Assembly (NCBI GenBank): GCA_964016885.1
Contig: OZ024743.1
Coordinates: forward strand, 56,668,001-56,732,000
DNA: 64,000 bases
Origin: Eledone cirrhosa
Lineage: Eukaryota
Reading direction: 5' to 3'
Position 1 is the stretch's first letter. Every line of letters starts with the position of its first letter. Below the pieces are notes generated by a model, which saw only the letters and a list, made by a program, of their open reading frames with translations, did not search any database and was not told the origin of the DNA. Made by a program: the position numbers and the translations under genes. Shown piece after piece: positions 13,811 through 28,831 of the stretch.

Positions 13811-14338
13811 CATACATACATCAAGGTTTGCTCCCTTCCGAGCCCTCTTTGGGGTCTCGAGATACGCAATATTTGTGCGTCCATTCTACGCCTCACAGGA
13901 CAGTCACAGGCCCATCGCCAATTTTTGCAGCATGAAATGGTGACCAATATATTTTCTGAACAGGCCCTTCTACCTAAGACCTGAACGCATCCCTTATTAA
14001 CCCGCGCGAAGGACGATGCGGTTGGTTGTTTTTGCACCTAAGGTGGTCTTATTCGCGCCAGTCACCAATCTGGTACTTTCTCAAACCCGCGAAGACTAAG
14101 GTTTATTTTATTGGCGGCCTTTACTCGCCTCCTCATAGCTACATCACTGGGTAGTGAGAGTTTTCTTGGGAGCTACAGGTAACACCCATTGCTCCATCTG
14201 CACTACTAGTTTACTGCTGTTGGTCCGGGGTTGCTTATTCGTCCGGCAGCTGCCCGCTTATATCGCAACTAATCATATCTGGTGGCCGTATCGCTGTCTG
14301 GCACATGCGACCCGTACACTAGCAGAAAAGCTCTGGCA

Positions 14339-14564
<226 letters not shown>

Positions 14565-15094
14565 AAAGTATGTCCATAGAATCATTTGATAAAATATATA
14601 TACTATTTCCTCTCCCAATCAGCATAATCAACCACACAAAAAACCAATTAAACCAGGCTATAAGATTAAAAGACACCTATGAAGAAATAATAGATAAATA
14701 AACGACAGCTATCAATTCGCGATCAACAGCCATACAATATTTACCCACTATTTCCAATAGCACGTGGGAATCGATTAAATATATCGTCAACCATACACAA
14801 TTAGGTATAAAATCAAAGTTAGAAGAAAAAATGTATATAAACATACCAAAATTATATATATATATATATCTTTTACTCTTTTACCTGTTCCCGCCATCCG
14901 GCAGAGGCCATGCTAGGGCACCACTCCTCATATATATATATATATGAAGAAAAGAAAAGAAAAGAAAAAGAGCCAATCGTCAGAGCAGACTAAGAAAACT
15001 GATGGATCTTTCCATTGTTGATACTATCGGCCGGTCGCAACTCGTGGCAGACAGTGTACACACACACACACAGACACAGACACAGACGCACGCA

Positions 15095-15171
<77 letters not shown>

Positions 15172-15357
15172 TTTATATAAAATTTCATACACTTGACATG
15201 TATTCGTGACCTTAGGTTTCGTGGTCCACTTATGGCCACCACTATAGTGGAGGAGCCGTTCTAAAACTTGCCTCACTCGTCAGGCGCAAGGACAAAAATT
15301 TGGTGGAAGTGGTCAGTATCAGTATAACTGAACCCCGAAACTTAAGATTACGCTTTA

Positions 15358-15560
15358 TCTATATATCTAAAACAGAGAATGTCCGTTTGTCTGTCCACTC
15401 ACTAAAACTCGAGAACCACCCAACCGATTGTTTTCAAACTTTACACATGTAATACTTATGGTCCTGTGAGTGTTTTGAGAGAAAAAAAATTTCAAATTTT
15501 TTATGCCCTAGGGACCACATTAGGCGATTTAGCGATCTTTCTCCATAATTCTTAGTCTTT
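15358..15560 (+). mobile_element. Probable non-autonomous Helitron 5' end
   Basis: A|TCTATATATCTAAAACAGAG...GTTTGTCTGTCC...AACCGATT...AAACTTT, the usual 5' TC pattern. Confidence 0.45.
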
Positions 15561-15804
15561 CTTTTTAGATAGATACATAGATATAACGTTGCGCCCTTAT
15601 AATATCTGTCTGTATGTCTAGCTGTCTGCATTACGACATTATCACGCTATATATGTGTGTGTGTGTCTATATACGTATATATATATAGTGTGTAACGTTT
15701 TTCGAAATATTTACTCTGCGTTCAGATTGATTTTTTTTAGGTTTCAGAAGATCTCGTTAAGGGTGAAAGCAGCGGTTCTTTGCTTAAACTTTAATCTGTT
15801 ATTT

Positions 15805-15835
<31 letters not shown>

Positions 15836-15963
15836 CTTAAGGTAAATATTGATGCAATTCAATTCAAGCACTCAACGTACTTTTTCCACTTAGGAGTGAC
15901 GGAGTATATATCGAATAAGAAAAAGCGAAGTAGTTTCAGATGTTAAAGTCCTTTAATGATAAT

Positions 15964-16026
15964 GCTGTGATACATATTTCAATGGCGACAGTTCGGTGCG
16001 CCAGTGCCGTGACATCATCAGACAGC
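15964..16026 (-). ncRNA. Type I hammerhead ribozyme motif
   Basis: GCTGT-CTGATGA-long stem II-GAAA-TATGTA-TC-ACAGC. Confidence 0.75.
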
Positions 16027-17491
16027 TTGTTACATAATAAGGTTGTTTCCGAGAGAATCCAAATTGAATCGACATGGGAACGGACAAAGCGTGTGCTCTT
16101 GGGTTCTTCGCCCGTTCCCTTGTGAGTCCCAATTCACCCCCACTGGTCTGCACAGGCGTTGGTCCGAAGGAAGTTGACCATCAACTACCGCAGAGTTCTA
16201 CGAAACTCGCCTAGGTAGGTCTCCCCTCACCCAAACAATGATCCAATCCAACCTGTAATGTGACACGGTTATAGTTTACTGTTAGCCGGCCGAAAGCCAG
16301 TGGGGGTGGGAGAGTATGAGTACCAATAGGTCTCAATACTACCTCTAAATTAAGCATGGACAGTAGAATTGACCATCTCCCGCTAAGAGAAAATATACTT
16401 ATTTTTAGGTATTATTATGGTTTCACAGTGAAGATTATGAATGAGAGTTGGAAATTAAAACTAAAAATTAAAAATCAAAAATCAAAAATCAAAAATTAAA
16501 AAAATTTAAAATTAGAAATTAAAAATTAAAAAAATTACAAGTTAGAATCTAGATTGAAATAAGTAAAGAAATATATGTACATATAATAACTAATAAATAG
16601 GGAGATGTTTAAATTATATTAATAAGTTTTGAAAAGGGATCAATATTAGAGATATACTATCCACATATTGAACGATAGTACTGAATAGTAGATTACAGTA
16701 TGGAACGTAGTAATTAGGCGAATACATAGTTAATATCTCTATCAGATGGGAAAAAAATACAAAATATGAAATACGCAAAAAAAAAATACAAAAAATACAT
16801 AGATGCAAAATGAGATACATATGTAAAATGAGGTATGAGATATATATATGAGAGACATATACGAGCATGGAAATGAGGGTATACGTGGTTAACGTGATTG
16901 TCAATTTATCCATATAATGATTTATTGTCTGGTGAAGTGAGGGGGCTTCTGTTCAAGGCCCCTGTGCAAATGCAATTTGCTGCAGGAATATAGGGGTTTA
17001 TCGTTGTTTTTATTTCAGCGTATTTATCCTGTCGAAAGTTAGTTTATAATTTTATGTCCGTCCAGTACCAGGGATTTCCAGTGTGTGCAATCCATCCCCA
17101 TGTTAGAGGGAATTTCCGGGAGTAGCTGATGGCTGGTTCCTCTCTTCTCCACTATATCGGTTACACCATAGAACGCTCAACATTTTGGAGCTAAATTCTT
17201 AAGGTTTACGCTGAAATAAAAATAACGATGCAATTCAAATCAAGCACTCAACGTACTTTTTCCACTTAGGAGTGACGGAGTTTCCATCTGATAGAGATAT
17301 TAACTATGTATTCGCCTAATTACTACGTTCCATACTGTAATTACCCTCCATTCTACTGTACGGTACTATCGTTCAATATGTGGATAGTATATCTCTAATA
17401 TTGATCCCCTTTCAAAACTTATTAATATAATTTAAACATCTCCCTATTTATTAGTTATTATATGTACATATAGTTATTATATGTACATAAA

Positions 17492-17680
17492 GGGCGGTGG
17501 ATTGGCAGTATCGGTAGAGGGTCGGACGCCATGCTTTCCAGCATAGTTACGTCCCTTTACGATCTGAGTTCAAATCCCGCCGAGGTTGACTTTGCCTTTC
17601 ATCCTTACGGGGTCGATAAAATAAAGTACCAGTAATGCACTGGGTAATTGCTGGCCTTGTGCCTAAAGTAGAAACAATTA
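17492..17680 (+). mobile_element. Full-length young tRNA-derived SINE
   Basis: TGGCAGTATCGG A-box, GAGTTCAAATCC B-box, GCCTTTCATCC..GGGGTCGATAAA centre, GTAGAAACAATT tail; TSD-like TTATATGTACATA. Confidence 0.9.
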
Positions 17681-18755
17681 TATGTACATATATTTCTTTA
17701 CTTACTTCAATCTAGATTCTAACTTGTAATATTTTAAATTTTAAATTTTTTAAATTTTTGAATTTTGATTTTTAATTTTTAGTTTTAAATTCCAACTCTC
17801 ATTCATAATCTTCACTGTGAAACCATAATCATCATCACCATGATGATGATGAGAAGATAGAAGAAGGAGAGAGAGAGAGAAGAGGGAAGACGTAACCGCA
17901 AAAAGGAAAGAACGAAAGAAAGAAAGAAAGAAAGAAAGAAAGAAAAAGGGACATGATGCGTGACCGTTGTTTTCAAATATTACGTCAAATAGAAGCGACC
18001 AATTAAATTCCGTGAAATTTTTAATATCTTCTGTATTTGGTTATGTTTGAGCTAATTATACTAATGTATTATATCAAAATTAAACAATATAAAAATATTT
18101 TCTATAATAATCAGAAGCATAATTCAATTAATAAATATATTCAATATTTTGTTACAAAATTCAAAAATCAAAAACATTTTTACCTATCAAGCAAGTTTAC
18201 AAACATAATAAATATGTATAAGGATATTTACCACAACATATTCGCATATCACCATCAGTATATGCATTTTATATAATGTTTAGAATTATTATCTGAATTA
18301 TTATTTTTACATTATAAATAGTTGTCATTTACTTATAGGATTAATAAGTAGTTATGTTTACTCTTGAAAGTATTATTATTTCGATTTTAATTTCGTAACT
18401 ATATCATAATATAATATATGTAGTTTCCCTATAAAGATTAATATCATGTTAAATATACATTATTAATCCATTTGGATAGAAAGAAAATAATATACGAAGA
18501 ATGTAAACAAAGGGAGGTAATCCATATGTGGTCATTTATGTTATCTAAGTGCTTTGAAAGCCAGAAGATATTTAAACCGCAAGTTCAGAAAATTCTAGTT
18601 ACACAATGACCATTCAAAAAACCGAACTTAGTATAGTGAGCCACATCATGAGATTAATTTACTATATAAAAAAACCGATATACAATTTTAAGGTAACATT
18701 ATATATATAAAAACATTATATATATAATAACAATAATTCACGAATTATTATTAAT

Positions 18756-18928
18756 AATAATTGTTTCTACTTTAGGCACAAGGCCAGCAATTACCCAGTG
18801 CATTACTGGTACTTTATTTTATCGACCCCGTAAGGATGAAAGGCAAAGTCAACCTCGGCGGGATTTGAACTAAGATCGTAAAGGGACGTAACTATGCTGG
18901 AAAGCATGCCGTCCGACCCTCTACCGAT
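18756..18928 (-). mobile_element. Same SINE family
   Basis: Near-identical reverse complement of 17492-17680. Confidence 0.9.
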
Positions 18929-19130
18929 TCCATATTTTTTTCCCTCTTAGTCAGTATTTTTTTCTAAATTTGTATGATGCTTGCAATGTTTTTCCAGGTT
19001 TATGGAAACAAGTTGTTAATTAAATTACCATAATTGGTAATTATTAATAGAGTTTCTAAATTGCAAAGATTGCAATTTGGTGAAATGGAAGCGTTCCGAC
19101 AGGACTCAGAGTTTCTAAGTTTAATCTTTG

Positions 19131-19680
<550 letters not shown>

Positions 19681-19704
19681 ACACACACACACACACACAC
19701 ACAC

Positions 19705-19810
<106 letters not shown>

Positions 19811-20140
19811 AATTTAAGTGAAAAAAACTCTATTTATCGGGGTATAAGCCAGATAGACCAAAACAAATTTTAGTCAATCTCACTTGCGAAGTTTGTAGAT
19901 TCTTCAAATATTGGTCTTTCCAATAATTACTTCTTCCGCAAATGAAACCATGGTAGGGAGATCGATATGAAAGAGTGATTGACTAAAATGTTTTTGGTCT
20001 GTCTTGTTTATATTCCCATAAATAGAGTCTTTTTTTCACATAAATTTTATATGTAATATTGTTTCTCTGATTGATATCTTATCTATATATTTTATCCATT
20101 CATTGATATGTTTAAGTACTAGAGACTAATTAATTTTTAA

Positions 20141-20170
<30 letters not shown>

Positions 20171-20173
<3 letters not shown>

Positions 20174-20527
20174 CAAAATAAGATGCTGAGGTTACATATA
20201 TCGTTTAATCATTATAATTATTTCCACGGTTCTCCATGCAATCGAGATGTCCGTCATGCATTTGCTGCTGATTATGAGAACGGTTTCCTCAGATGAAAAT
20301 CGATATGTTTGATATGACGCGATTTTCATTTGAGGAAACCGTTCTCATAATCAACAGCAAATGTATGAAGGACATCTCGATTGCATGGAGAACCGTGGAA
20401 ATAATTATAATGATTAAACGATATATGTAAGCTCAGCATCTTATTTTGTTATTTTTATAAAATTCTCCATCGTAACTAAAAACAATGATTGTTGAGAGCT
20501 TTCTCCTGCTTACTTCTGTTTTTACCA
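20171..20527. mobile_element. Fold-back PLE terminus (~135-bp inverted arms plus a one-sided tail) between TA tracts
   Basis: 20171-20302 inverts 20320-20451. Confidence 0.8.
20209..20296 (-). ncRNA. Hammerhead motif with ~60-nt stem II domain
   Basis: TCAT-CTGAGGA-[AACCGTTCTC...GAGAACCGTG]-GAAA-TAATTA-TA-ATGA; the mirror copy at ~20326-20413 has TTGAGGA. Confidence 0.6.
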
Positions 20528-20666
20528 AAGCAATCTTTTCCGAACATATATATATATATATATATGTAGTTATATTTAGTTGTTGTAGGGTTACATATAT
20601 ATATATATATATATATATTATTCAAAATATTAATAAATGAACACGTTCACATAATCAAAATATATG

Positions 20667-20728
20667 TTTTATTATATATATTTCGGAGGTACTGTGCTGT
20701 TTTTTTCAGTAGTCCTCATCAGATAAAA
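20667..20728 (-). ncRNA. Type I hammerhead ribozyme motif (mirror copy)
   Basis: TTTTAT-CTGATGA-GGACTACTG..CAGTACCTCC-GAAA-TATATA-TA-ATAAAA. Confidence 0.75.
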
Positions 20729-20820
20729 TATATGAATTGATGGTTCAATTTCAGTATTGGCAGTGGAATTGGAATTGAACCATCAAGACAGTTGAGGTAT
20801 GTCATACATCAATTCATATA

Positions 20821-20882
20821 TTTTATCTGATGAGGGCGTACTGAAAAAACAGCACAGTACCTCCGAAATATATATAATAAAA
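20821..20882 (+). ncRNA. Type I hammerhead ribozyme motif
   Basis: TTTTAT-CTGATGA-GGGCGTACTG..CAGTACCTCC-GAAA-TATATA-TA-ATAAAA. Confidence 0.8.
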
Positions 20883-21021
20883 CATATTTTGATTATGTGA
20901 ACGTATTCATTTATTATTATTTTGAATAATATTACTAACTCCAGAAAACTTCTTTGTAGAGTGCTTTTAATCTATTGTAAAACTATTCATTGAGTAATCA
21001 ATGAATCATATTAATCTTTGG

Positions 21022-21059
<38 letters not shown>

Positions 21060-21196
21060 ATACTTTGGGAGGATCATGTTGCCAATAAGAAACACACGCA
21101 CCAGTTGCTTTTCACTCCAATTTATTATAAATTAAATTTATAAATTTAAGAAATTTGTAAATGGTTGGTTCCACAACCGGACGGTTGTCATATATT

Positions 21197-21239
21197 GTCA
21201 AAATTCTTTCGTCACACATTCTGTGACCTCTTCAGTGAC
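21197..21239 (-). ncRNA. Minimal hammerhead motif in the PLE 3' terminus
   Basis: GTCA-CTGAAGA-G-GTCACA-GAATG-TGTGAC-GAAA-GAAT-TT-TGAC. Confidence 0.65.
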
Positions 21240-21659
21240 TGGGGATTCTTTTCTTTGTTTTGTGCCTCTCATTTGTTCTGTCCTACACCATCTTGTTTTT
21301 GTGCGTGTTGTGTGCTTAGTTTGCGTATGTGTTACATCCGGGTGTCTGTGTGTGTTTATATTTGTTTATTTGTTTGTTTATTTACATGTTACTAGTTGGT
21401 TGTTTGTTTTATGTGTGTTTTCATTTTGTCCTTAATTGTAAGTTGTGATGTTAATATTCCATTCATGCTTTCTATTTAATTTTGGTTGGAGTTCATTTAT
21501 GTTTATTGCCTCTGTGATTTGTCTAAACATTGCGTCTTTTCTGTGTGTAGATTTTATTTTTATTTCTATGTTCTCTAATTTGCCCTTGTGTTCTAATTTA
21601 GCATGTTGGTGGAGTACTGATGATTCTTTTCTATCTTGAAGCTCTCACCAGTGTTCATT

Positions 21660-22716
21660 TCATCGTTCTCCTATACTACGAGCTGTTTCCCCTATGTACA
21701 CTTTATTCTTATCTTTACATTGTCCCTCAGTACATCTTATGCTATATACTATGTTTCTAATTTTGCAGTTAATATGGGGGCTTAGTTTACATATTATGTA
21801 TTTCTTATCTATACAGGGAGGTCTTTGAAAAGGGTATGTATTACTAATAAGTTTATATAGGGCCCTTCTAAATTTGTAAGCTAGTTCACCTCTAGGGGTT
21901 GTATTGATGAACATTACACTGGTATTTATTGCTATCATACCATGAGTTTATTCTATTAACCTTATTCCTAGTTCTTTCTATTCTATTCCAAAATTTGCTC
22001 CTATACAAGGGGCAGGTCCCATTTGTGTCATTATTTACCAGTTTTTCCCATTTGGTTCTGGCTCCTCTATATACTCTGATTTTATCTCTCTGATTGTAAC
22101 CAGAGAACTGCATACGGTAGATGAAGTGTTGTATATGTCTCTCTAGCTCCTTGGGGTTGCACATGCGAGACACGTTCCTCATCACCCGCACCAAATCCGC
22201 AATCAGTATGTTGATTTTGGTGTGATCCGAAACAGCTGAGTTTCGGTGGATCAGATGTTTGGAAGTCATGGGTTTGGCATAATGGGAATGGAGGATTTGT
22301 TTTTTGTTATTAATGGTTTCTAACCAGAGCTCTGTGTCTAGTACAGGTAATCGATGGTTGGGGTGTTTGCTTGGGTAGTCTATAGTAACTCTAATACTGA
22401 TGGAGTTAGCTATTTGCTGGATGCTTTCCATGGTGTTTTTCTTTAATTCCTGACTGTTCTCTAGTGGGGGTGTTTTTACTACGATGTTTATATCATCAAC
22501 GTAGTGAGAGTACATTATCAGGGTTAAGAGGTTGCTGTCTTCTAATTGTTCTTTAAGTTTATTGTCCCACCATACCAAGAATAGGTTAGCTATGTCACCT
22601 GCAATGCTAACACCAATGGCTGCTCCCTCCTCTTGGGCATATGTTTTTCTATTAAATTTGAACATATGTTCCTTAAGGGTTAGTTTTATACTGGCGCCCA
22701 TCGCATGTACAATCAT
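21660..22716 (-). pseudogene. PLE reverse transcriptase and GIY-YIG endonuclease remnant (frameshifted)
   Basis: RT motifs and VY..YIG motif lie in two different frames. Confidence 0.85.
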
Positions 22717-22834
22717 TTTCTTTAGTTCATGGTTTTCGGGAGTCCGTATGGCTCTGGTCCACCGGTTCCATCTTTCTGTGTGCAGTACAAAGTGTTAGTA
22801 TTAGGTTCACGCTTGAGAGTGGGCGGGGGGGGGG

Positions 22835-22861
22835 CGTTTCGGGCATAAGCCCTTCATCAGG
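22835..22861 (-). ncRNA. Minimal hammerhead core in a terminal fragment of the C-rich PLE
   Basis: CTGATGA-A-GGGC-TTAT-GCCC-GAAACG; the same motif occurs at 37280 and ~39870; stem I is weak. Confidence 0.6.
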
Positions 22862-23131
22862 AGAAAGTGGGCAGATATATATACAAGTTAAAACAAATAA
22901 CAAAAACAAAACGAAGAGTACAGTACAAAGTGTTAGTGTTAGGTTCACGCTTGAGAGTGGGGGTGGGTGGATATATATATATATATTTTGAGTTTATGTT
23001 GTTTGTATACCAACACCTCAGTATGCAGGCTGGAGCACTCGACGAAGTGCGCAGGTTGGTTTGGTTACTCCGGAGTAGTGTAAAATAAAGTTAAATAAAA
23101 GTCAAATGATTAAAATTTAGCTTCGTTTATT

Positions 23132-23186
23132 ACTGCTATATATATTTCAGTGACAGCCATCTTTGGCTGTGACCTCTTCAGGCAGT
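23132..23186 (-). ncRNA. Type I hammerhead ribozyme motif
   Basis: ACTGC-CTGAAGA-GGTCACAGCC-AAAGAT-GGCTGTCACT-GAAA-TATATA-TA-GCAGT. Confidence 0.85.
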
Positions 23187-23634
23187 TTGAATTAGTGTGG
23201 TATAGACAAGTACATATGTTGTTTAGGTGTATAATATTGTCAATACTCTGATATGCCCAGTTCCTTGTTGGGTTGTTAATTCACTGAGGAACTGGAGTCA
23301 TATGAATTCAAACAAACGAATTTCACTGTCAAAGGTCCCCTTCTCCTCTCATTGGTCAGTTATTAGAACATTCCTCATTCTAAGTGTTGTTATTGTTGGA
23401 GTTAGCTTAAAAATTGATAAAATGGTAGAAGGGACAAGGTGTTAAAGGAATGTTCTAATAACTGACCAATGAGAGGAGAAGGGGACCTTTGACAGTGAAA
23501 TTCGTTTGTTTGAATTCATATGACTCCAGTTCCTCAGTGAATTAACAACCCAACAAGGAACTGGGCATATCAGAGTATTGACAATATTATACACCTAAAC
23601 AACATATGTACTTGTCTATACCATACTAATTCAA

Positions 23635-23689
23635 ACTGCCTGAAGAGGTCACAGCCAAAGATGGCTGTCACTGAAATATATATAGCAGT
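23635..23689 (+). ncRNA. Type I hammerhead ribozyme motif (mirror copy)
   Basis: Same motif on the + strand, followed by AATAAA. Confidence 0.85.
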
Positions 23690-23733
23690 AATAAACGAAG
23701 CTAAATGTTAATCATTTGACTTTTATTTAACTT

Positions 23734-23795
<62 letters not shown>

Positions 23796-24045
23796 GTGGC
23801 GAAGGGTAACCTGGAAAGCAGGGCATGCAGTCCAATCGCCATGACGGAAAGTGGGGCTGTGCAGCCTCCCCCCATCCCCCCAATTCCCTCTAAATGACCC
23901 GCCCGGTCAAAGCCGCATGTAGTGTTATCTAGTGTGTGTGTGTGTTATCTTTTTATTCGTCTACGATTTAGCAAGCAGCCAAAATTCTGCTTGCTTCAAC
24001 CGACGCTGTCATGTGTGTGTGTATGTGTGTGTGTGTGTGTGTGTA

Positions 24046-24097
<52 letters not shown>

Positions 24098-24329
24098 TAC
24101 ACACTCACACATACACACTCACACATACCCTTTAAAACCATAAATAGAATTTGTTTACAATCCTATACTTTTGACAATCCCATATACCTCTCTCCCCTCT
24201 TCGCCACCCCCATCTGAACTCTTGACCAGTCCTTCAACACAATTGAGATTCACACATATATATACAGAAAGATTCCCCTCCCTAAAAGTACTCTTCTTTC
24301 TGTGAAAATATACCATCACCACCACCACC

Positions 24330-24380
<51 letters not shown>

Positions 24381-24627
24381 GCGACTACTACCTCTCTCTA
24401 TATATATAAGGTTCCTTTTTAGACCCAGTCTTCCTTCCAACAAGAAAGATGAACAGACTTTCTTCAACACTTAATATTTTTTTTAATTTTTGATTTTTTT
24501 AAATTGTAATATTCAACATTTGATAACATGGATTACACCGATTCATCAAAATCGGTAATACTTTATCTATTCTATATACAATATAAAACTCCTTTTAAAA
24601 AAAAATATTGTTCTTCTCATTTTTTCA

Positions 24628-24820
24628 ATAATTGTTTCTACTTTTGGTACAAGGCCAGCAATTATTCAGTGTATTACTGGTACTTTATTTTATCGACCCC
24701 GTAAGGGTGAAAGGCAAAGTTAACATCGGCGGGATTTGAACTCAGAATGGCAAGGGCCGTAACTCTATGCGTCAAAGCATGGCGTCCGACCCTCTACCGA
24801 TACTGCCAATCCACCGCCCT
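24628..24820 (-). mobile_element. tRNA-derived SINE
   Basis: Reverse complement of the 17492 family. Confidence 0.9.
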
Positions 24821-24908
24821 TCAATAATGTCACTTTGGCGGATCAATGAAGAAAAAAAGAAAAACAGACTCTTTAAATGTATTTTCTGTACTTTTTCCAA
24901 TCCTACTT

Positions 24909-25600
<692 letters not shown>

Positions 25601-25810
25601 CCTTTTATCAGTCAGATGTTTTTAGACGGCCAAACGATCTGTGACTTCACATAATCCATTTGCTATGGTTACAATAGTGACCACAGTTAGGTACTCAATA
25701 CATAGCAGAGTATAAATATAGAAATATAGAAATGGATTCTACAGGACTAGAACTGTTTCATTCGAATAATGATTTCCTTCAAGTGAAACGGTTCTCGTCC
25801 TGTAGAAACC

Positions 25811-25887
<77 letters not shown>

Positions 25888-26134
25888 GTGTGTGTGTTTT
25901 ATGTATTTCAGTAGAAAAGGTAAAAGAAAGAAGAGTGCTCTGTATAGTACAGAGCTATTTAATTACATAATAAACAACACAATATAATTATTCTATTACC
26001 ACAGCTTTCAGGAAATTAGACGATTCTAACAGAAACGTCCAGCACGCTCATCAGATGGAATAGTTATGTTTTGGATATAGGATTTAAAATTGATATCTAT
26101 TTAAAATGAAAGTGGGGCCACATTAAAATTAAAA

Positions 26135-26209
26135 TATTTCATCTGATGAACCTTACTGAGCGTTTCTGTTAGGATCGCCTAGTTTCCTGAAACCTTTGGT
26201 AATGGAATA
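26135..26209 (+). ncRNA. Hammerhead-like motif with decayed long stem II; mirror copy at 25989-26062 (-)
   Basis: TATTTCAT-CTGATGA...GAAA-CCTTTGG-TA-ATGGAATA; stems I and III pair, base of stem II pairs poorly. Confidence 0.55.
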
Positions 26210-26395
26210 ATTATATTGTGTTGTTTATGTTTATTATGTCAGGATCCGCTAAGGTGAAACAATTTTTCTCGGTATGGTGAACTAACTGTTGTTTTACCAC
26301 ATCTACCTAACTCGTCCCATGGACTGAGTGCTCTACCACTACGGATATTACCTTCTAGTGTTCTACCTACCTCTACACACACATACACACGCACG

Positions 26396-26476
<81 letters not shown>

Positions 26477-26477
26477 A

Positions 26478-28150
26478 TTTTGAGTTTATGTTGGTTGTAT
26501 ACCAACACCTCAGTATGCAGGCTGGAGCACTCGACGAAGTGCGCAGGTTGGTTTGGTTACTCCGGAGTAGTGTAAAATAAAGTTAAATAAAAGTCAAATG
26601 ATTAAAATTTAGCTTCGTTTATTACTGCTATATATATTTCAGTGACAGCCATCTTTGGCTGTGACCTCTTCAGGCAGTTTGAATTAGTATGGTATAGACA
26701 AGTACATATGTTGTTTAGGTGTATGATATTGTCAATACTCTGATATGCCCAGTTCCTTGTTGGGTTGTTAATTCACTGGGGAACTGGAGTCATATGAATT
26801 CAAACAAACGAATTTTAGTGTCACAGGTCCCCTTCTCCTCTCATTGGTCAGTTATTAGTGTTGTCATTGTTGGAGTTAGCTTAAAAATTGATAAAATGGT
26901 AGAAGGGACAAGGTGTTGAAGGAACAAAATATCAAAAAATGTGTCAAACTTCCCATTGTTCAGTTCTGAGAGCATTCCTCAGTCAGAAGTCTATAGAATT
27001 CTTTCTGGGGTGAGGCTCCCTGTAGTGTTTATGCCTGCTATTGTTCAGTACATTTGACCTCCACCATTATTTTGGTACTGTTGTTGTTGTAGTGGTCAGC
27101 TTATATCTTGCTGCTGCTAACAATTTAGAAGTATTCAGTTTGTGTTTTCTCATCATCCCACCCGCCACCATCGTAGTGGTGGTGGCGGGGGGGGGGGGGT
27201 TATTTCATGTATATGAAGAAATATAAGGCAATAAATGAAGAAAACAGAAGATAAATAAATAATATAATAAAATAAAATAATTAATATAATTTGTGTAATT
27301 TGAAAATAAATAAATAAATAGAGAATAAAGAATAAAGAGTAAATGAGAGATTGGTGAAAAAGTAATGATAATGTATATGGAGAAGTGAGAAATAATGTAG
27401 GATAAAGTGTGTGTGTGTGTGTGCTATAACCAATCTCAAGGTCAGAATATGTTGGATAGATTGGTATGATACAAGATGTTAAGATGAGATATTCAATGTG
27501 TTTGTGTTATAATCTATCTCAACTTAAAATAAATATAAATATAAGGTTATACAGTGAAGAGGGCAGAAAACAAATAACAAATTAATATAGAGAAATCAAG
27601 ATTTAAGATTGGAACTTTAAAGTCAGAAATCTGGTAAATTAAAAATATGGACAGTAGCAACACAAGAAGATGTGAACTCCCCTCAAGCTATAGGGACTTC
27701 TACAGAACATGAAAACACCTCTCGGCCAGACCTCCCTCAAGCTATATGGACAATTACAACACCCTAGGTTGTGAACTCCCCTCAAGCCATAGGGAACAAC
27801 CCAGGCGGAGCAGACACCACGATAGCCTAGAGACAGAATCGGACACAGCCATAATAATCTGGCCAACATCTATAACACAAACACTTTTAATTTACCAGAT
27901 TTCTGACTTTAAAGTTCCAATCTTAAATCTTGATTTCTCTATATTAATTTGTTAATATAGGGGACTAAGCCTTGGCTGGATTTTAAAGTTGATGCCAATA
28001 TCATTTGGGCAATATTGGTGGAATATTTTCCATATTATACAAATGATATAGTGTTCACAGCGGTATTGGAGAGAGTAGAGTTTGAGTTTCTCTAATTGAA
28101 TATTATAGAAGCTAAAAAGTGAGTCTTGTTACCCTGGAGTTTCGCCTGTT
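26478..28150 (-). mobile_element. Longer, apparently non-coding copy of the 22988 PLE family, with an internal inverted duplication
   Basis: 26478-26918 is near-identical to 22988-23442; 27578-27641 inverts 27888-27957; right boundary uncertain. Confidence 0.65.
26624..26678 (-). ncRNA. Type I hammerhead ribozyme motif
   Basis: Identical to 23132-23186. Confidence 0.85.
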
Positions 28151-28288
28151 TATCACAGGGTTACCTCACAAGAACTAACATTTCAATGGTAGCTTTAATG
28201 ATACTAAATATTAAAACTTTACTTCGGTATTGAGTATTCCTTTTTCTCAGCCGCCAACCACTGCACTCCTTGTTTTTGTTCTTTGCCA

Positions 28289-28328
<40 letters not shown>

Positions 28329-28496
28329 TTGTGTAGCGAGATCTGTCCACGCCTTGAACCTTGGATGACACCTAAAGGTCAAATTCTTGGTTACCACCCA
28401 TTTGGTGTGAACAGGTTGGATGCGTTGGCTATGCCCTCAAGGTGGGAGACAGGAAGCGACAGGTATATAAAGCCTGTATTATCCCACGTTTATACA

Positions 28497-28750
28497 GAAA
28501 GATCGGAGCATTACGCTAGCAACTAACTATGTACAGATTCACCACTACCTTCAGGCCCTTGAGGTCTACAGAAACACAGAGGCATTGGGGAACACTATGA
28601 TACAGACAAGCCATGTGAAGGATTCACCACTATCTTCAGACCCCAGTGGTCTACAGAAAAACAGAGCGATCGGAGCATTACGCCTACAACAAGCATTGTG
28701 AAAGATTCACCGCTATCTACAGGCCACACTGGTCTACAGTCATCTACAGA
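28497..28750 (+). repeat. Degenerate ~80-85-bp tandem repeat (3 units)
   Basis: GATTCACC.CTA.CT.CAG.CC..GGTCTACAG occurs three times. Confidence 0.7.
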
Positions 28751-28773
28751 CCATTCAGAGGTATACAAACCAT

Positions 28774-28831
<58 letters not shown>

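Larger units (their letters stand above)
15837..17828 (-). mobile_element. Non-coding HHR-bearing PLE-derived (retrozyme-like) element, copy A: ~1.38-kb unit, partial direct repeat and inverted segment
   Basis: ATGCAATTCAA..GTGACGGAG at 15852 and 17228; 17281-17828 inverts ~16415-16752; abuts (TA)n at CTTAAGG; homologous to 30150-32060. Confidence 0.8.
20617..21022. mobile_element. Fold-back PLE terminus with two inverted HHRs
   Basis: 20617-20740 inverts 20808-20930; tail to ~21022; TA tracts on both sides. Confidence 0.8.
21056..22780 (-). mobile_element. 5'-truncated, decayed Penelope-like retroelement (RT + GIY-YIG)
   Basis: ORF 21892-22716 has GAAIGVSIAGDIANLFL, YVDD and LPVLD; ORF 21660-21938 has CKIRNIVYSIRC..YIGETARSIGER; HHR near the 3' end; abuts (TA)n. 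Confidence 0.9.
22988..23739 (-). mobile_element. Fold-back PLE terminus with ~290-bp near-perfect inverted arms
   Basis: 23083-23375 inverts 23446-23739; same family as 26478-26920. Confidence 0.85.

Noticed and set aside
17492-17590. tRNA gene
   Set aside because: The A/B boxes belong to a multi-copy SINE head; no cloverleaf
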